A stretch of 64,000 nucleotides of DNA from Polyangiaceae bacterium (GTDB lineage Bacteria; Myxococcota_A; Polyangia; Polyangiales; Polyangiaceae), in NCBI GenBank assembly GCA_035063585.1, contig JAPSGB010000014.1:1-64000 (forward strand), written 5' to 3'. Positions within the stretch are counted from its first letter, which is position 1. Each line of letters starts with the position of its first letter. Positions 8,957-19,023 of this stretch are shown here, in pieces. The notes beneath the pieces are model-generated. The model did not search any database. It saw only the letters and a list, made by a program, of their open reading frames with translations, and was not told the DNA's origin. The translations under genes and the position numbers were made by a program.

Positions 8957-9874
8957 TCAGTGCGCGGGCGCGGCCGTCTCCGCGCTGCTCGAGGCGGTCG
9001 TCATCGCCGACCAACGTCGCGTCGTCTTGATCTCGGCGGGGCCGAGCTGAGTTGCGGTCGGCGGGATGGGCTTACCCTCGGAGATGAGCTTCTGTACGCG
9101 GCGGAGCCCGAGATAGGCTGCGCCGTAGGCGCCGTTCAGCTGGCCGAGCGCGCCCTCGGCGACGTGGAACTTGTCACCGAGCGCCTGCTCGAGCGCGTGG
9201 ACCATGCCCTCGTTGCGGGTCATCCCGCCGGTGAGCATGTAGCCGGGCTCGAGCCCGATGCGGCGCATGAGCTGCACTGCGCGGCCGCCGAGCGCGATGA
9301 GCGCCCCCATCATGATGTCCTCGGCGGGGATGCCGTTCGAGAGGTGGTTGATGACCTCGGACTCGGCGAACACAGCGCACACGCTGCTGATGGTCGTGGG
9401 ATCGGTGGACCGCATCGAGTACGGGCCGATGTCGGCGGTGGTGAGCCCGAGGTAGCGCGCGGTCTTCTCGAGGAACGCGCCGGTGCCGGCGGCGCACTTG
9501 TCGTTCAAGCGGAACGCCTTCACCCGACCACTCGCATCGACCTTGATGGCTTTGATGTCCTGTCCGCCGATGTCGAGAATGGTGCGCGTGTCGGGAAAGA
9601 GCCGCACCGCCGCTTGCGCGTGCGCGGTAAGCTCGGTGATCTGCGCGTGACGAAACGGGACCGTGTAGCGTCCGTAGCCGGTCGCTGCGACGTAGGTGAC
9701 GGACGCGCGGGCGAGCCCGGCGTTCGCGAGGAGATCCTCGAACACTCCCTCCGCGGCGACCGCGAGCTTGAACCCGGTACGCCGCACGGCGGTACCGACT
9801 ACCTTGCACTCCTCGTCGAGCGCGATGGCCTTGGTGTAGGTCGAGCCGATGTCGATTCCGACGACGTGCATCAT
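8957..9874 (-). CDS. BadF/BadG/BcrA/BcrD-type ATPase (activase) subunit
   Basis: [36 protein letters not shown]. Confidence 0.88.
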   Translation of the reverse strand: MMHVVGIDIGSTYTKAIALDEECKVVGTAVRRTGFKLAVAAEGVFEDLLANAGLARASVTYVAATGYGRYTVPFRHAQITELTAHAQAAVRLFPDTRTILDIGGQDIKAIKVDASGRVKAFRLNDKCAAGTGAFLEKTARYLGLTTADIGPYSMRSTDPTTISSVCAVFAESEVINHLSNGIPAEDIMMGALIALGGRAVQLMRRIGLEPGYMLTGGMTRNEGMVHALEQALGDKFHVAEGALGQLNGAYGAAYLGLRRVQKLISEGKPIPPTATQLGPAEIKTTRRWSAMTTASSSAETAAPAH

Positions 9875-9885
9875 GAGCCTCTCCC

Positions 9886-10683
9886 TCAGGCGACCTTCTG
9901 CCCGAATACCTTGTCGTGAGCGAAGAGCGCGGCGCCGAGCGCCCCGCAGAAGTGCGCGTCAGGGCTCACGTTGATCTTGTACCCGACCGACTCTTCGATG
10001 AGGCGCACCATCGCGACGTTGCGGCTGACGCCGCCCGTGAAGGTCACCTCGGGGTGGATCCCGACCCGGCGTGCGAGCGACACGCACCGGCTGGTGATGG
10101 CCTGGTGGACGCCCATGAGCACGTCCTCCGCCAGGATGCCCTTCGACAGGTGGCTGATGATCTCGGACTCCGCGAACACGGTGCAGGTCGTGGTGATGCG
10201 GACGGGCCGCTGCGATTTCAGCGCCAGCGGCCCGAGTTCCGACAGCGGCATCTCGAGCGCGTAGGAGGCCGCGCCCAGGAAGCGCCCCGTCCCGGCGGCG
10301 CACTTGTCGTTCATCGTGAAGTCGCCGACCTGTCCGTCAGGCTTCACCGCGATCGCTTTGGTGTCCTGCCCGCCGATGTCGATGACGGTGCGCGTGCCAG
10401 GGAAGAGCGCGACCGCGCCGCGCGCGTGGCAGGTGATCTCGGTCACCTGCTCGTGCCCGAACGAGACGTTATAGCGGCCGTAGCCCGTCCCGGCGACGCG
10501 CACCACGTCCGCTTCGACGAGACCGGCGTCCGCGAGCGCGAGGCGGAAGGCGTCCTCCGCGATGGTCTTCATGCTCGTCTCCATGTCGAGCAGGGCCCGC
10601 CCGATGACCTTCGCCTCCTCGTCGAGGATCACCGCCTTGGTCTGCGTCGAACCGACGTCGACGCCGCCGACACACTGTCTCAT
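9886..10683 (-). CDS. BadF/BadG/BcrA/BcrD-type ATPase (activase) subunit
   Basis: [44 protein letters not shown] at 10683 overlaps the upstream stop. Confidence 0.88.
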   Translation of the reverse strand: MRQCVGGVDVGSTQTKAVILDEEAKVIGRALLDMETSMKTIAEDAFRLALADAGLVEADVVRVAGTGYGRYNVSFGHEQVTEITCHARGAVALFPGTRTVIDIGGQDTKAIAVKPDGQVGDFTMNDKCAAGTGRFLGAASYALEMPLSELGPLALKSQRPVRITTTCTVFAESEIISHLSKGILAEDVLMGVHQAITSRCVSLARRVGIHPEVTFTGGVSRNVAMVRLIEESVGYKINVSPDAHFCGALGAALFAHDKVFGQKVA

Positions 10684-12023
10684 AGTAGGCTCCTCCTCCG
10701 CTGCGCCGCGGGCTGGTTTTCCATCGGTGCACCGCCGACCCGGCGCTCGAGGGTCTCGAAGAACGCATCGACTCGGTTCTTGATCTGAGCGTCCGACCAA
10801 TATCGGGGGTCGATGAGATCCGACTCGATGTACAGGCTGGGCGCGTCCAGTCGCGAACCGAGGTAGTCGCGCGTGTCCGCCATCCCGGAGGAGACGAAGC
10901 GACAGCTCTTGATACCGTGGAATACGATCCCATCGACCGCGTACTCGCGGATCTGCTTGGCGAGGCGCTCGTGGGCGAAGAACTGGTTCGACAGGCCGCG
11001 CTGGGCCGCGAGCGTGGTGATCTCCGCGAGGCTCTCGAGCGGTCGCGAGGTGTCGTAGACGAGCTCGCCCGCGTCCATTCCACCGGCTGCGAACGTGAGG
11101 TAATCGGAGTAGACGAAGACGCCGCCCCAACTCTCGAAGAGCTCGACCAGGCGACGCATCGAGACGTAGCAGGGCGTGCCCGAGAAGAGCAGGCGGAAGC
11201 GCTCGTTCTCGACGCGCCCCTCGCCCCGAGCCACCCGTGCGCGGAGCGACGCCTCGAGGTTCTTCATGTACTCGACGCCTTCGTCGGTGCCTCGATAGAC
11301 GTTCATGATGCCGATGTAGGTGAGCCCATCGAGCATCGCGTTGAAGGGCGCTGGGCACGCGCGGTTGAGCTCCATCACCGCGTTCCAGTGCGCGACCATC
11401 TTGTTCACGCGGTCCAGGATCTCGGCGAGCTTGTCGAGGTCGAGTCGCTTGCCGGTGAGCTTCTCGCACTTCTCGATGAGATCGCGAAATTGCGCCTCGA
11501 CCCAGCGGGAGTCGGCGGCGTGCTGCGCGTCGCCCTGACGTACCTCGAAGCCGGCCGAGCGCTGCCCCGGGAGATCCAGCACGAAGGCCGGAGTCCCGAG
11601 CATGCGCTCCCAGATCTCGGCCCACTTGATGAAAGTGCTGCACATGTTCGAGGCGATCGCGATGTCCGCCTTCGGGATCTGGCCCGCCGGATGCTTCTGC
11701 TCTTTCAAGATGAGGCCGACGTCAGCCTTCACGTAGGAGCAGACGTCCGGGGACATCCCGTAGTCCTCGGAGAGCCGGATGTACTCCTCGGAGGCCTTGC
11801 GAACGCCGGTCTGGAGCGAATTGATCTCGGGGAACACCAGCTCGAAATCGAACGCGCGCAGGATCTCGACCGCGTTCCCCATCACGAAGACGTTGGCGAC
11901 GTGCGCGCCCCGCGCGTTGGCGTCGTCGAGCCCGGCGTACCAGGCCTTCATCAGTCTCTGGCCGTCGACGCGCGCGTCGAAATCGGATGCGCCGTCTTGG
12001 GTCGTTGCTGTGTTCGTCGTCAT
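10680..12023 (-). CDS. Benzoyl-CoA reductase subunit B-like (2-hydroxyacyl-CoA dehydratase family)
   Basis: FVMGN...FPEINSLQ...[35 protein letters not shown]: BcrB-like motifs with three Cys. Confidence 0.78.
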   Translation of the reverse strand: MTTNTATTQDGASDFDARVDGQRLMKAWYAGLDDANARGAHVANVFVMGNAVEILRAFDFELVFPEINSLQTGVRKASEEYIRLSEDYGMSPDVCSYVKADVGLILKEQKHPAGQIPKADIAIASNMCSTFIKWAEIWERMLGTPAFVLDLPGQRSAGFEVRQGDAQHAADSRWVEAQFRDLIEKCEKLTGKRLDLDKLAEILDRVNKMVAHWNAVMELNRACPAPFNAMLDGLTYIGIMNVYRGTDEGVEYMKNLEASLRARVARGEGRVENERFRLLFSGTPCYVSMRRLVELFESWGGVFVYSDYLTFAAGGMDAGELVYDTSRPLESLAEITTLAAQRGLSNQFFAHERLAKQIREYAVDGIVFHGIKSCRFVSSGMADTRDYLGSRLDAPSLYIESDLIDPRYWSDAQIKNRVDAFFETLERRVGGAPMENQPAAQRRRSLL

Positions 12024-12033
12024 GGTGGCCTCG

Positions 12034-13194
12034 TCAGGCGATGGAGAAGAGGAGCGATTCCGCGAAGGTCTCGAGCTGCATGGCCATCTGTTCGAAGGAG
12101 GTCGACTTCTCTTCGAACTCGAGCACGAGCGCGTGGATGTTCTCCTGGTCGAGGTGCTTCGACCACGCGACCTGCTCGTCGAGCCCGGGCTCGCAGAACT
12201 TGGCGGCGGTGAGCAGCGCCGCGTCGGCGCGGGAGTCCCGGAGCATGTCCATGAGGTAACCCTCTTTGGGCTTGCGCGCGTCGTGCTGCACCGGGCTTGC
12301 CGCCGAGCGTTCGACGAAGCTCTCCGCGAGCGCCCAGACCGGATCGCCGGTCTCGGGGACGTCTTCGGTGAGCCAGCGCAGGCCGATGAGCAGGTCATCG
12401 TCGACGACGTAGCAGGTGTCGTCGATCGTCTCGAGCATCTCGAGCGGTGGCTGCTCGCAGAACCCGCCGAGGAAGATCACGCGAGGTTTGTCCTGAGCCG
12501 GCATCTCTCGCGCGCGGAGCGCGGCGAGCGCCTCGCGGAGCATCTCGGAGTGCTGTTCGCAGGCCATCCGCGTCCTCGCGCGGAGCAGGAGATAGGACTC
12601 CGAACAGCTCACCTTCCAGGGCTCGTCCCGGCGGAGCGCGTATAGCTCGCGAAGCAGTCGGCGATTCTCGTTGTAGATGCGGATGCTTCGCTTGAGGTCG
12701 TCGTCCGTCGCCTCGCGCCCCGCCATGTTCTCGAGCTGATGGCGAAGCCGCTGATACTCGGAGGCGATGTAGCGCACCGCGCCCGACGAGTTGACGTTCT
12801 GCGGGAGATAGAGGATCTGCGCGGGCTGCTCGGGAAAGTTGCGCGACCAGATGCCTGCGAGGTGCTTGGCGGCGTCGCAGATGGGGTGGGTCACGAAGCC
12901 GGCCAGGCTCTTGAGGGAGCCGTTGAGGCCGAGCTCCGCCGTCGAGCGGCAGATCGAGCAGACGAACGAACCCATGTGCGCGTCCGCGTGCTTGAGCTCG
13001 AGCTGATTGCCTCCGCCGAGCACCGCGGTCGGTAGCAGCCCGACCGCGTGGGCGAGCTCTTCGGGGAAGTACACCGGGAAATGACCGAACGGCTGGGTGA
13101 AGCCCTCGGGTAGCTCGGGCGGCACTGGCGCTTGCCGGAGCATGTTGCAGCGCTCGAAGATCGCGTTGAGACCGCTCTCGTCCACTTGGGGCAT
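12034..13194 (-). CDS. Benzoyl-CoA reductase subunit C-like (2-hydroxyacyl-CoA dehydratase family)
   Basis: PVYFPEEL, LGGGNQLE, SFVCSICRSTAELG, ICD, GGFCEQPP, VVDDD, KFCEPG. Confidence 0.78.
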   Translation of the reverse strand: MPQVDESGLNAIFERCNMLRQAPVPPELPEGFTQPFGHFPVYFPEELAHAVGLLPTAVLGGGNQLELKHADAHMGSFVCSICRSTAELGLNGSLKSLAGFVTHPICDAAKHLAGIWSRNFPEQPAQILYLPQNVNSSGAVRYIASEYQRLRHQLENMAGREATDDDLKRSIRIYNENRRLLRELYALRRDEPWKVSCSESYLLLRARTRMACEQHSEMLREALAALRAREMPAQDKPRVIFLGGFCEQPPLEMLETIDDTCYVVDDDLLIGLRWLTEDVPETGDPVWALAESFVERSAASPVQHDARKPKEGYLMDMLRDSRADAALLTAAKFCEPGLDEQVAWSKHLDQENIHALVLEFEEKSTSFEQMAMQLETFAESLLFSIA

Positions 13195-13232
13195 CGCTCG
13201 TGAACTGCTCGTCTGAACCGCCTCTGAGCGCA

Positions 13233-13299
13233 TTGACGGGCGTCATACGCCCGCTCGCGCACGTGACATCACGTCAAGTAAGGATGACGTTTGTCATCC
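13233..13299. promoter_or_regulatory. Three TGAC-N4/5-GTCA palindromes upstream of the bcr-like operon
   Basis: TTGAC-GGGC-GTCAT (13233-13246), TGAC-ATCAC-GTCA (13264-13276), GGATGAC-GTTT-GTCATCC (13282-13299). Confidence 0.65.
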
Positions 13300-13413
13300 A
13301 GAAATGCCCGAGAAAAGCGCCGCGCCGCCAGCCTCTCGGCGACATCAGACCATGACGCGCGGCGGCATCAGGGCGGCCTGGTCGGCGCCGGCCGGGCGCG
13401 TGGCGGGGCTCGT

Positions 13414-14031
13414 TCACCGCGAACGCGCGCGGGCGGTCTCGGCTCCGCGTAGCTCGACGCGGCCGTGCGTCTTCGAGTGAGGGAGCTCTCGGCGGAGCGA
13501 GCGGGCGGTGAGCGTGATGCCCGTGACCAGCGCGACGGGGGTGAGATAGAGGAGGGTCTTACCGACCATCAGCTGGTCGCTCAGCGTGAAGCTGCTGCAC
13601 AGCAGCGCGCGGTAGTTCGAGTAGATGAGTCCGAGCGCGAACACCATCGCCACCGAGTAGACCGCGAGCGCGCCGCGCGCGACGAACGGCATCACACGGA
13701 GGCCGACGCCGAGGAAGGCTCCAGCCGAGAACAGGCTCACGCGCATCGCCGTTGCGGCGATCGTCCCGAGCGCCACGGCGTCGACCGCGCGTGGGATCAT
13801 CCAGAACCCGAGCGCGCCCGCGAAGAAGGCGAGGGACGCGAGCCCGTTCGGGTCGAAGCGCAGGGGGCCGCTGCGGCGCAGAGAACCCGCGATGAGCCCG
13901 AGCGCGAGGAGCGCGGGCACCTCGGCGAGGAGCAGGCGCGGCATGGTGGCGACCAGGGCGCGCTCGAGGGGCGGCGAGAGCAACGCGACGAACGCCACGG
14001 CCACCACGAGCCCGACGATCTTGCGGCTCAC
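13414..14031 (-). CDS. Integral membrane protein, last gene of the sNOR-like operon (possible assembly factor)
   Basis: Several hydrophobic segments, FWMIPRAVD, RALLC. GTGA overlap with the SCO gene. Confidence 0.65.
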   Translation of the reverse strand: MSRKIVGLVVAVAFVALLSPPLERALVATMPRLLLAEVPALLALGLIAGSLRRSGPLRFDPNGLASLAFFAGALGFWMIPRAVDAVALGTIAATAMRVSLFSAGAFLGVGLRVMPFVARGALAVYSVAMVFALGLIYSNYRALLCSSFTLSDQLMVGKTLLYLTPVALVTGITLTARSLRRELPHSKTHGRVELRGAETARARSR

Positions 14032-14636
14032 GGCTCTCGCGCCTTCCCCTGGATCTCTTCGGTGATGAGCCGGGCGAGCACGGCGGGGCCCGGCTCGGGC
14101 GTGTAGGCTCGCCGGAGCTCTCCCGCGGGATCGATGAGAAAGAGATAGACGCCGTGGTTGATGAGCCCGTCTGGCCGGCGATAGACGTAGACGCCGTAGT
14201 CTCGCAAGGTCGCGTCGGCCGTCCCGGGCGAGATGACGCCGATCGACCAGTGCTTGGGCGCTCCGTGCGCGAGCCACATCTCGCGGGCCCGATCGCGAGG
14301 GTCATCCTCGAAGTCGATGCTGAGAAACTCGACCGTCCCGGGCATGCTCGCCTCGAGCGCCTCGTGGACCTGCGAGAGCTTATTGGTGGTGATCGGGCAG
14401 GCAGTCGGGCAGTCCAGGTAAAGGAAGTTCACGAGCACCCAGCCACCGCGAAATCCGCGGAGCCGATGGGCGACCCCTGCTTGATCGGTGAAGCCGAAAT
14501 CCGGGGCCGGGCGCGGGATCGGCCCCGCCTCTGCGAGCGCCACCGAGTAGGTGGTGAAGCTCGAGAAGCCGTGTGTGACCCAACCGATGAGCGCGAGCCA
14601 GAAGGCGACCACCGCGAGCGCCAGCGCGCGGGTCAC
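14028..14636 (-). CDS. senC: SCO1/SenC-family copper chaperone
   Basis: N-terminal TM, FLYLDCPTAC (CxxxC), INH, FLIDP. Confidence 0.85.
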   Translation of the reverse strand: MTRALALAVVAFWLALIGWVTHGFSSFTTYSVALAEAGPIPRPAPDFGFTDQAGVAHRLRGFRGGWVLVNFLYLDCPTACPITTNKLSQVHEALEASMPGTVEFLSIDFEDDPRDRAREMWLAHGAPKHWSIGVISPGTADATLRDYGVYVYRRPDGLINHGVYLFLIDPAGELRRAYTPEPGPAVLARLITEEIQGKAREP

Positions 14637-14643
14637 GACGCCC

Positions 14644-16125
14644 TCAATGCCCGGCGGCCGCCGGTTCTCGCGTCTCCTGTGACTCGGAGAGCTTGGGCCG
14701 GAGCAGCAGCGCCACCGCGAACAGGAGTGTACCGAGCAGGAACGTGCTGCCGAAGGCCGCGCCGTAGGTCGCGAGCTTGGTCCCGGTCTCGGCGACCTGC
14801 TCGACCGGAATCGACTGGTAGGAGGCGTACCGCCGCGGCACCGAGCTGACCCCGCCGAGGTAGAACATGAGCACGAAGCCGTAACCTCCGACCAGCATCA
14901 GGGCGAGCGAGGCAAACGAGAGGCTCTTCACCTTCGTCCCGAGCAGCCAGTGCATGAAGCCGAGGAAGATCAGCACGAACCCGACCAGGAAATACGTGTG
15001 GAAGTGGCCGGGGACCCACAGCGTGTTGTGGAAGACGAGGTTCACCGAGATGGTCGCATCGACGACCGCCGCGAGGCCTCCGATCACCCAGCCCATGAGG
15101 CCGAGGAAGAAGCTGAGGGGGGTGAACCCCCACTTGATGCCGGAGCGGTGCACCTGGGTGAAGAGCCCGGCGATGGTCACCGCGGTGGCAGGGAGAGCGC
15201 TCAAGTAGGAGGCGAACTGCCCGAAGACCTGCAGAGCGTTCTTCTGCCCGAAGTCCATGTAGAGGTGGTGGAAGTACGCGAACAAGATCGCGAAGAGCGT
15301 CGCGTTCCACGCGATGGCGACCAGTCGGTTGACCTTCCAGGGATGCTTGCTGAAGGACGGCATCAGCTCGTACACGACGCCGATCCCGCAGTACATCGCG
15401 ATGTTCACGATCACGTGGCCGAAGAACAGCATCATGTTCTTCAGGAGGAGCGGGTCGAAGTCCGTCTCCGGGGTCATCCACTTGAAGAAGTAAATCATCA
15501 TGGTGGCCGCGCCGACGACGGTGCCGACCGCCGCTGCGATCGAGCAGACCGACGCGATGAGGACGACTGACGGGAGGTCGTCGCCGGAGCCGCCTCTGAG
15601 CACGCGGATGCCGAGGAGCGAGCCCATCCCGTACTTGGCGACCGTCGCGCGGAGCATGTCGAACTGGATGAGGAGCCAGGCGACGCCGAGCAGCATCATC
15701 GAGCCGATGACGACCCCGGTGGTCCACGCGGGCCAGGCGGCGTTCACGAAGGGCAGCGGGTAGAGCAGGTACCAACCCGGCCCGAAGCCACCGATCAGCG
15801 TCGCGGCGACCAGCCCGACTGCGCCGAGCACGATGAGCCCGAGCGCGATTCGATACACGACGAGGCTCAGGCGGACGTGGCGCGCGAGCACATACCAGAG
15901 CGCCGCCAGAGCGCCGGAGTAGAGCGTGCCGGCCATACCGAGGCCGTGCATCGTCATGATGGCGTAGAAGGTGGTCGGTTGAAGCTCGATCGCGTGTCCC
16001 TGCGCGAGCCGCATGGTGATGCCGAGCACGATCATCACGGCGAAGAGAGCCAGCATGGTGACGACCCAGAGGATCGTCAGCTTCCGTCCCGCACGAGCGT
16101 AGGAGTCGGTTTCTTCAGCGGACAT
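14644..16125 (-). CDS. Heme-copper oxidase superfamily subunit I, sNOR-type nitric oxide reductase (NorY-like)
   Basis: MTMHG, GWYLLYP, FFGHVIVN (Asn in place of the cross-linked Tyr), FHHLYMD, GHFH, VPRRY; about 12 TM helices. Confidence 0.8.
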   Translation of the reverse strand: MSAEETDSYARAGRKLTILWVVTMLALFAVMIVLGITMRLAQGHAIELQPTTFYAIMTMHGLGMAGTLYSGALAALWYVLARHVRLSLVVYRIALGLIVLGAVGLVAATLIGGFGPGWYLLYPLPFVNAAWPAWTTGVVIGSMMLLGVAWLLIQFDMLRATVAKYGMGSLLGIRVLRGGSGDDLPSVVLIASVCSIAAAVGTVVGAATMMIYFFKWMTPETDFDPLLLKNMMLFFGHVIVNIAMYCGIGVVYELMPSFSKHPWKVNRLVAIAWNATLFAILFAYFHHLYMDFGQKNALQVFGQFASYLSALPATAVTIAGLFTQVHRSGIKWGFTPLSFFLGLMGWVIGGLAAVVDATISVNLVFHNTLWVPGHFHTYFLVGFVLIFLGFMHWLLGTKVKSLSFASLALMLVGGYGFVLMFYLGGVSSVPRRYASYQSIPVEQVAETGTKLATYGAAFGSTFLLGTLLFAVALLLRPKLSESQETREPAAAGH

Positions 16126-16137
16126 TTCTGCTCTCCA

Positions 16138-16668
16138 TCACCGGACGGTAAACTCGCTCAGCATCGCGTGATGCATCAGCCCGCAGAACTCGAGGCAAAG
16201 CACGTGATACGTGCCGGGCTTCTCGAAGGTGTGCTGTAGGCGGTTCACGTAGCCCGGCATGGCCTGCGTCTGAGTGACGATGTTGCCGTCGGGGCCGTAG
16301 ATGCCGAAGCCGTGGTTGACGTCTTCCGCGGTCACGTCGAACTGCACGGGCTTCCCGAGCGGTACGATGATCTCGTCGGGGTCGCCCTGGTCAGCCTTGA
16401 GCTGCCAGGACCACATCTTGCCCGTGACGCTGATCGTCATCACCGGGTCCAAGTTCTGGAAGGCGACGTATGGCGCACGCGGCAGCGTCATGGCGAAGGC
16501 ACCGACCAGCGCGAGCACGAGGAAGATCGCGTAGTAGCGCCGCGCCTTGTAGATGTTGCCGTGCGCTTCGGGGATCGAGCGGCGCGCGAGCACCGCGATC
16601 GCCACGAACAGGGCAATGACGATGAGCCCCCCGACAAGACTTACCAATCCAGCCCAAACTTCAGTCAT
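16138..16668 (-). CDS. CuA-containing subunit II (NorS-like)
   Basis: Two TM segments, WSW, DVNHGF, QAMPG, CLEFCGLMHHAM CuA motif. Confidence 0.87.
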   Translation of the reverse strand: MTEVWAGLVSLVGGLIVIALFVAIAVLARRSIPEAHGNIYKARRYYAIFLVLALVGAFAMTLPRAPYVAFQNLDPVMTISVTGKMWSWQLKADQGDPDEIIVPLGKPVQFDVTAEDVNHGFGIYGPDGNIVTQTQAMPGYVNRLQHTFEKPGTYHVLCLEFCGLMHHAMLSEFTVR

Positions 16669-17140
16669 CGACGGCCTTCCACCGGTGGCAGGGGTGCCGC
16701 GCGCTCGGCTTTACGGTCATTGGGGTGAGCCGTAACCTTCGGCGCCGCGGTCGAGGAGCGCATACTCAACGACCGCGCGATAGGTACAGACTTCATCGCG
16801 GATCGGTCAAGCCCCAATTCTTTGCACGTATGACTTAAGACAGTGCTCGAGCCGATGGATGTCATGCCCGAGCGCGCGCTCCGCATCCGGTGATGCGTCG
16901 AACCTGGGTTCATCGAGGACGCACGCGCCCAGATCAGATGCGCGCGTGCGGCCGAGACGCAATCGTTGCGGGCTCCGCTCCGAGGCCCGTCGCGCGGTCG
17001 CTGGCTCGGCGCTGGCGGTTGGCTCGGTCGACCTCCGGTGAGCCCGGGCGCGGCGTGAACCACAGGGATAATTGCCGGGCGCGTGCGCTGGCAAAACTAT
17101 GACAGACCCTCATGGGGAGCCGTGCTAACTGGCTCGGCCG

Positions 17141-18067
17141 ATGGGCGAAATCGCTGTCGTCTTCCCCGGTCAGGGATCGCAGCGCGCCGGGATGGCGCAG
17201 GATTTTCACGAAGCGTTCGCGGCGGCCCGCGAAGTGTTCGCGGAGGCCAGCGAGGCGCTCTCGCTCGACGTCGCGGAGTTGTGCTTCGCGGGCGACCCGC
17301 GCCTCGACCTCACCGAGTTCACGCAGCCGGCGATCGTCACCGCTGAAATCGCCATGCTGCGCGCCATCTCCTCGGAGTGGGGGCTCGCGCCGACACGCTT
17401 CGGCGGGCACAGCCTCGGCGAGTACACCGCGCTCTCTGCAGCCGGTGTCATGACGCTCGCCGACGTCCTTCGGCTGACGCGCGCTCGCGGCGCGCTGATG
17501 CAGGACGCGGTGCCGGTGGGGGAGGGCGCCATGAGCGCAGTGATCGCGGCCGGTGTTGCGGACGCAGGCGTCGCCGCGCTCGTCGCCGCGCTCGGCGTCG
17601 ACGTGGCGAACCTGAACTCTCTCGATCAGGTCGTCATCTCCGGTCCGACCGCTGGCGTCGAGGCGGCCGAGAAGCGCATCGCCGAGGCGCTCCCGTCCGC
17701 CGAGGTGATCCGGCTGAACGTGAGCGCTCCGTTCCACTCACGGCTGATGAAGGGCATCGAGCCGGCCTTTCGCGCCGAGCTCGAGCGCGCCGCCGGGCGA
17801 ATGGATGCGGCCCGTGCGACCCGGGTGACCTCGAATTTCACCGGGGGGTTCCACTCCGAGTCGCTGCCCTCCGTGCTCGACGCGCTGACGGCTCAGATCT
17901 CGGGCAGTGTGAACTGGGTCGCCAATATGCGAGTGCTCGCCGACGGCGCGGAGCGGATCGTCGAGATCGGCCCGAACCGCCCGCTGAAGCGCTTCTTCGG
18001 GACCCTCGGCGTCGAGATCACCTCCATCATGAACGTGAAGACCGCCAAGAAGGGGCTCGAGGGATGA
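17141..18067 (+). CDS. fabD: Malonyl-CoA:ACP transacylase
   Basis: FPGQGSQ, TQPAI, GHSLGEY, VSAPFHS. Confidence 0.93.
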   Translation: MGEIAVVFPGQGSQRAGMAQDFHEAFAAAREVFAEASEALSLDVAELCFAGDPRLDLTEFTQPAIVTAEIAMLRAISSEWGLAPTRFGGHSLGEYTALSAAGVMTLADVLRLTRARGALMQDAVPVGEGAMSAVIAAGVADAGVAALVAALGVDVANLNSLDQVVISGPTAGVEAAEKRIAEALPSAEVIRLNVSAPFHSRLMKGIEPAFRAELERAAGRMDAARATRVTSNFTGGFHSESLPSVLDALTAQISGSVNWVANMRVLADGAERIVEIGPNRPLKRFFGTLGVEITSIMNVKTAKKGLEG

Positions 18068-19023
18068 CGCTTGCGTTCGACTCGTCGCACTGGGCGCTCA
18101 TCCTCGGCGGTTCGAGCGGATTTGGTCTCGCGACCGCGCGCAAGCTCGCGCGTCACGGGATGAACGTCGCGGTGGTCCACCGCGATCGTCGCGGCGCGAT
18201 GAGCGCGATCGAGCCGGAATTCCAGAAGCTCCGCGACGCTGACGTGGGTTTTCGCTCGTGGAACCTCGACGCGCTCGCGCCCGAGGGTCGCGCCAAGGTG
18301 CTCGGCGAGCTCGCCCTGGAGATGGGCCCCCACGGTCGAGTCCGGCTCCTCATGCACTCGATCGCCTACGGCAACCTGAAGCTGCTCGGGCCGCTCGCGT
18401 CGCGAGACGAAGAGCGCGCCGAGCGTGCGCGGCAGGCGCTCGCCGGCCAGTTGGGGACCACCGAGCCCGCGCTAGCGCAGGCGCTCGCGACACTCATCGA
18501 GGGCGAGTCGGCGGGAGCCGACCTGCTCGCGACGCTCGCTCCGCCGCCGGCGTATGACCCGGACGCTCGGCTCGAGGACGAGGATTTTGCGCGCACCGTC
18601 TACAGCATGGGCACCAGCCTGGCGAGCTGGGCGCAAGAGGTGTTTGCGCGAGGGCTCTTCGCGCCCGACGCGCGCGTCGTCGGGATGACCAGTGAAGGCA
18701 ATGAACACGCCTGGCGCGGCTACGCGGCGGTCTCGGCCGCGAAGGTCGCGCTCGAGTCGGTCTCACGCTCCCTGGCGCTCGAGCTCGGGCCCTTTGGCGT
18801 GCGCTCGAACGTGGTGCAGGCCGGCGTCACCGACACGCCCGCGCTCCGGCTCATCCCGGGCAGCGCCCGCATGAAGGCGCAGGCGCGGCTCCGCAACCCA
18901 CTCGGGCGGCTCACCACCCCGGATGACGTCGCTGACGTCATCGCGCTCCTCTGCACGGACGAGGCGCACTGGGTAAACGGCGCGCTGCTCCGCGTGGACG
19001 GCGGCGAGCACATCGCGGGATGA
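18064..19023 (+). CDS. SDR-type enoyl-ACP reductase (FabL/FabI-like) with an internal insertion
   Basis: LGGSSGFG, YAAVSAAK, TDTPALRLIP, NPLGRLTTP. ATGA coupling to fabD. Confidence 0.75.
   Translation: MTLAFDSSHWALILGGSSGFGLATARKLARHGMNVAVVHRDRRGAMSAIEPEFQKLRDADVGFRSWNLDALAPEGRAKVLGELALEMGPHGRVRLLMHSIAYGNLKLLGPLASRDEERAERARQALAGQLGTTEPALAQALATLIEGESAGADLLATLAPPPAYDPDARLEDEDFARTVYSMGTSLASWAQEVFARGLFAPDARVVGMTSEGNEHAWRGYAAVSAAKVALESVSRSLALELGPFGVRSNVVQAGVTDTPALRLIPGSARMKAQARLRNPLGRLTTPDDVADVIALLCTDEAHWVNGALLRVDGGEHIAG

Noticed and set aside
9886..12398. Apparent long N-terminal extensions or fusions of ORFs (also 430..1794, 17377..19023, 30072..31349, 33643..36072)
   Set aside because: The extensions are off-frame readings of upstream genes or intergenic DNA. 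Internal starts with coupling or an RBS fit better.
14644..16125. Ordinary cytochrome c oxidase (aa3/ba3/cbb3) subunit I
   Set aside because: It lacks the helix VI HPxVY Tyr, and there are no subunit III or ccoOP genes.
16669..17140. Small ORFs between the subunit II gene and fabD
   Set aside because: They have no recognisable motifs; the region looks like a divergent promoter region.
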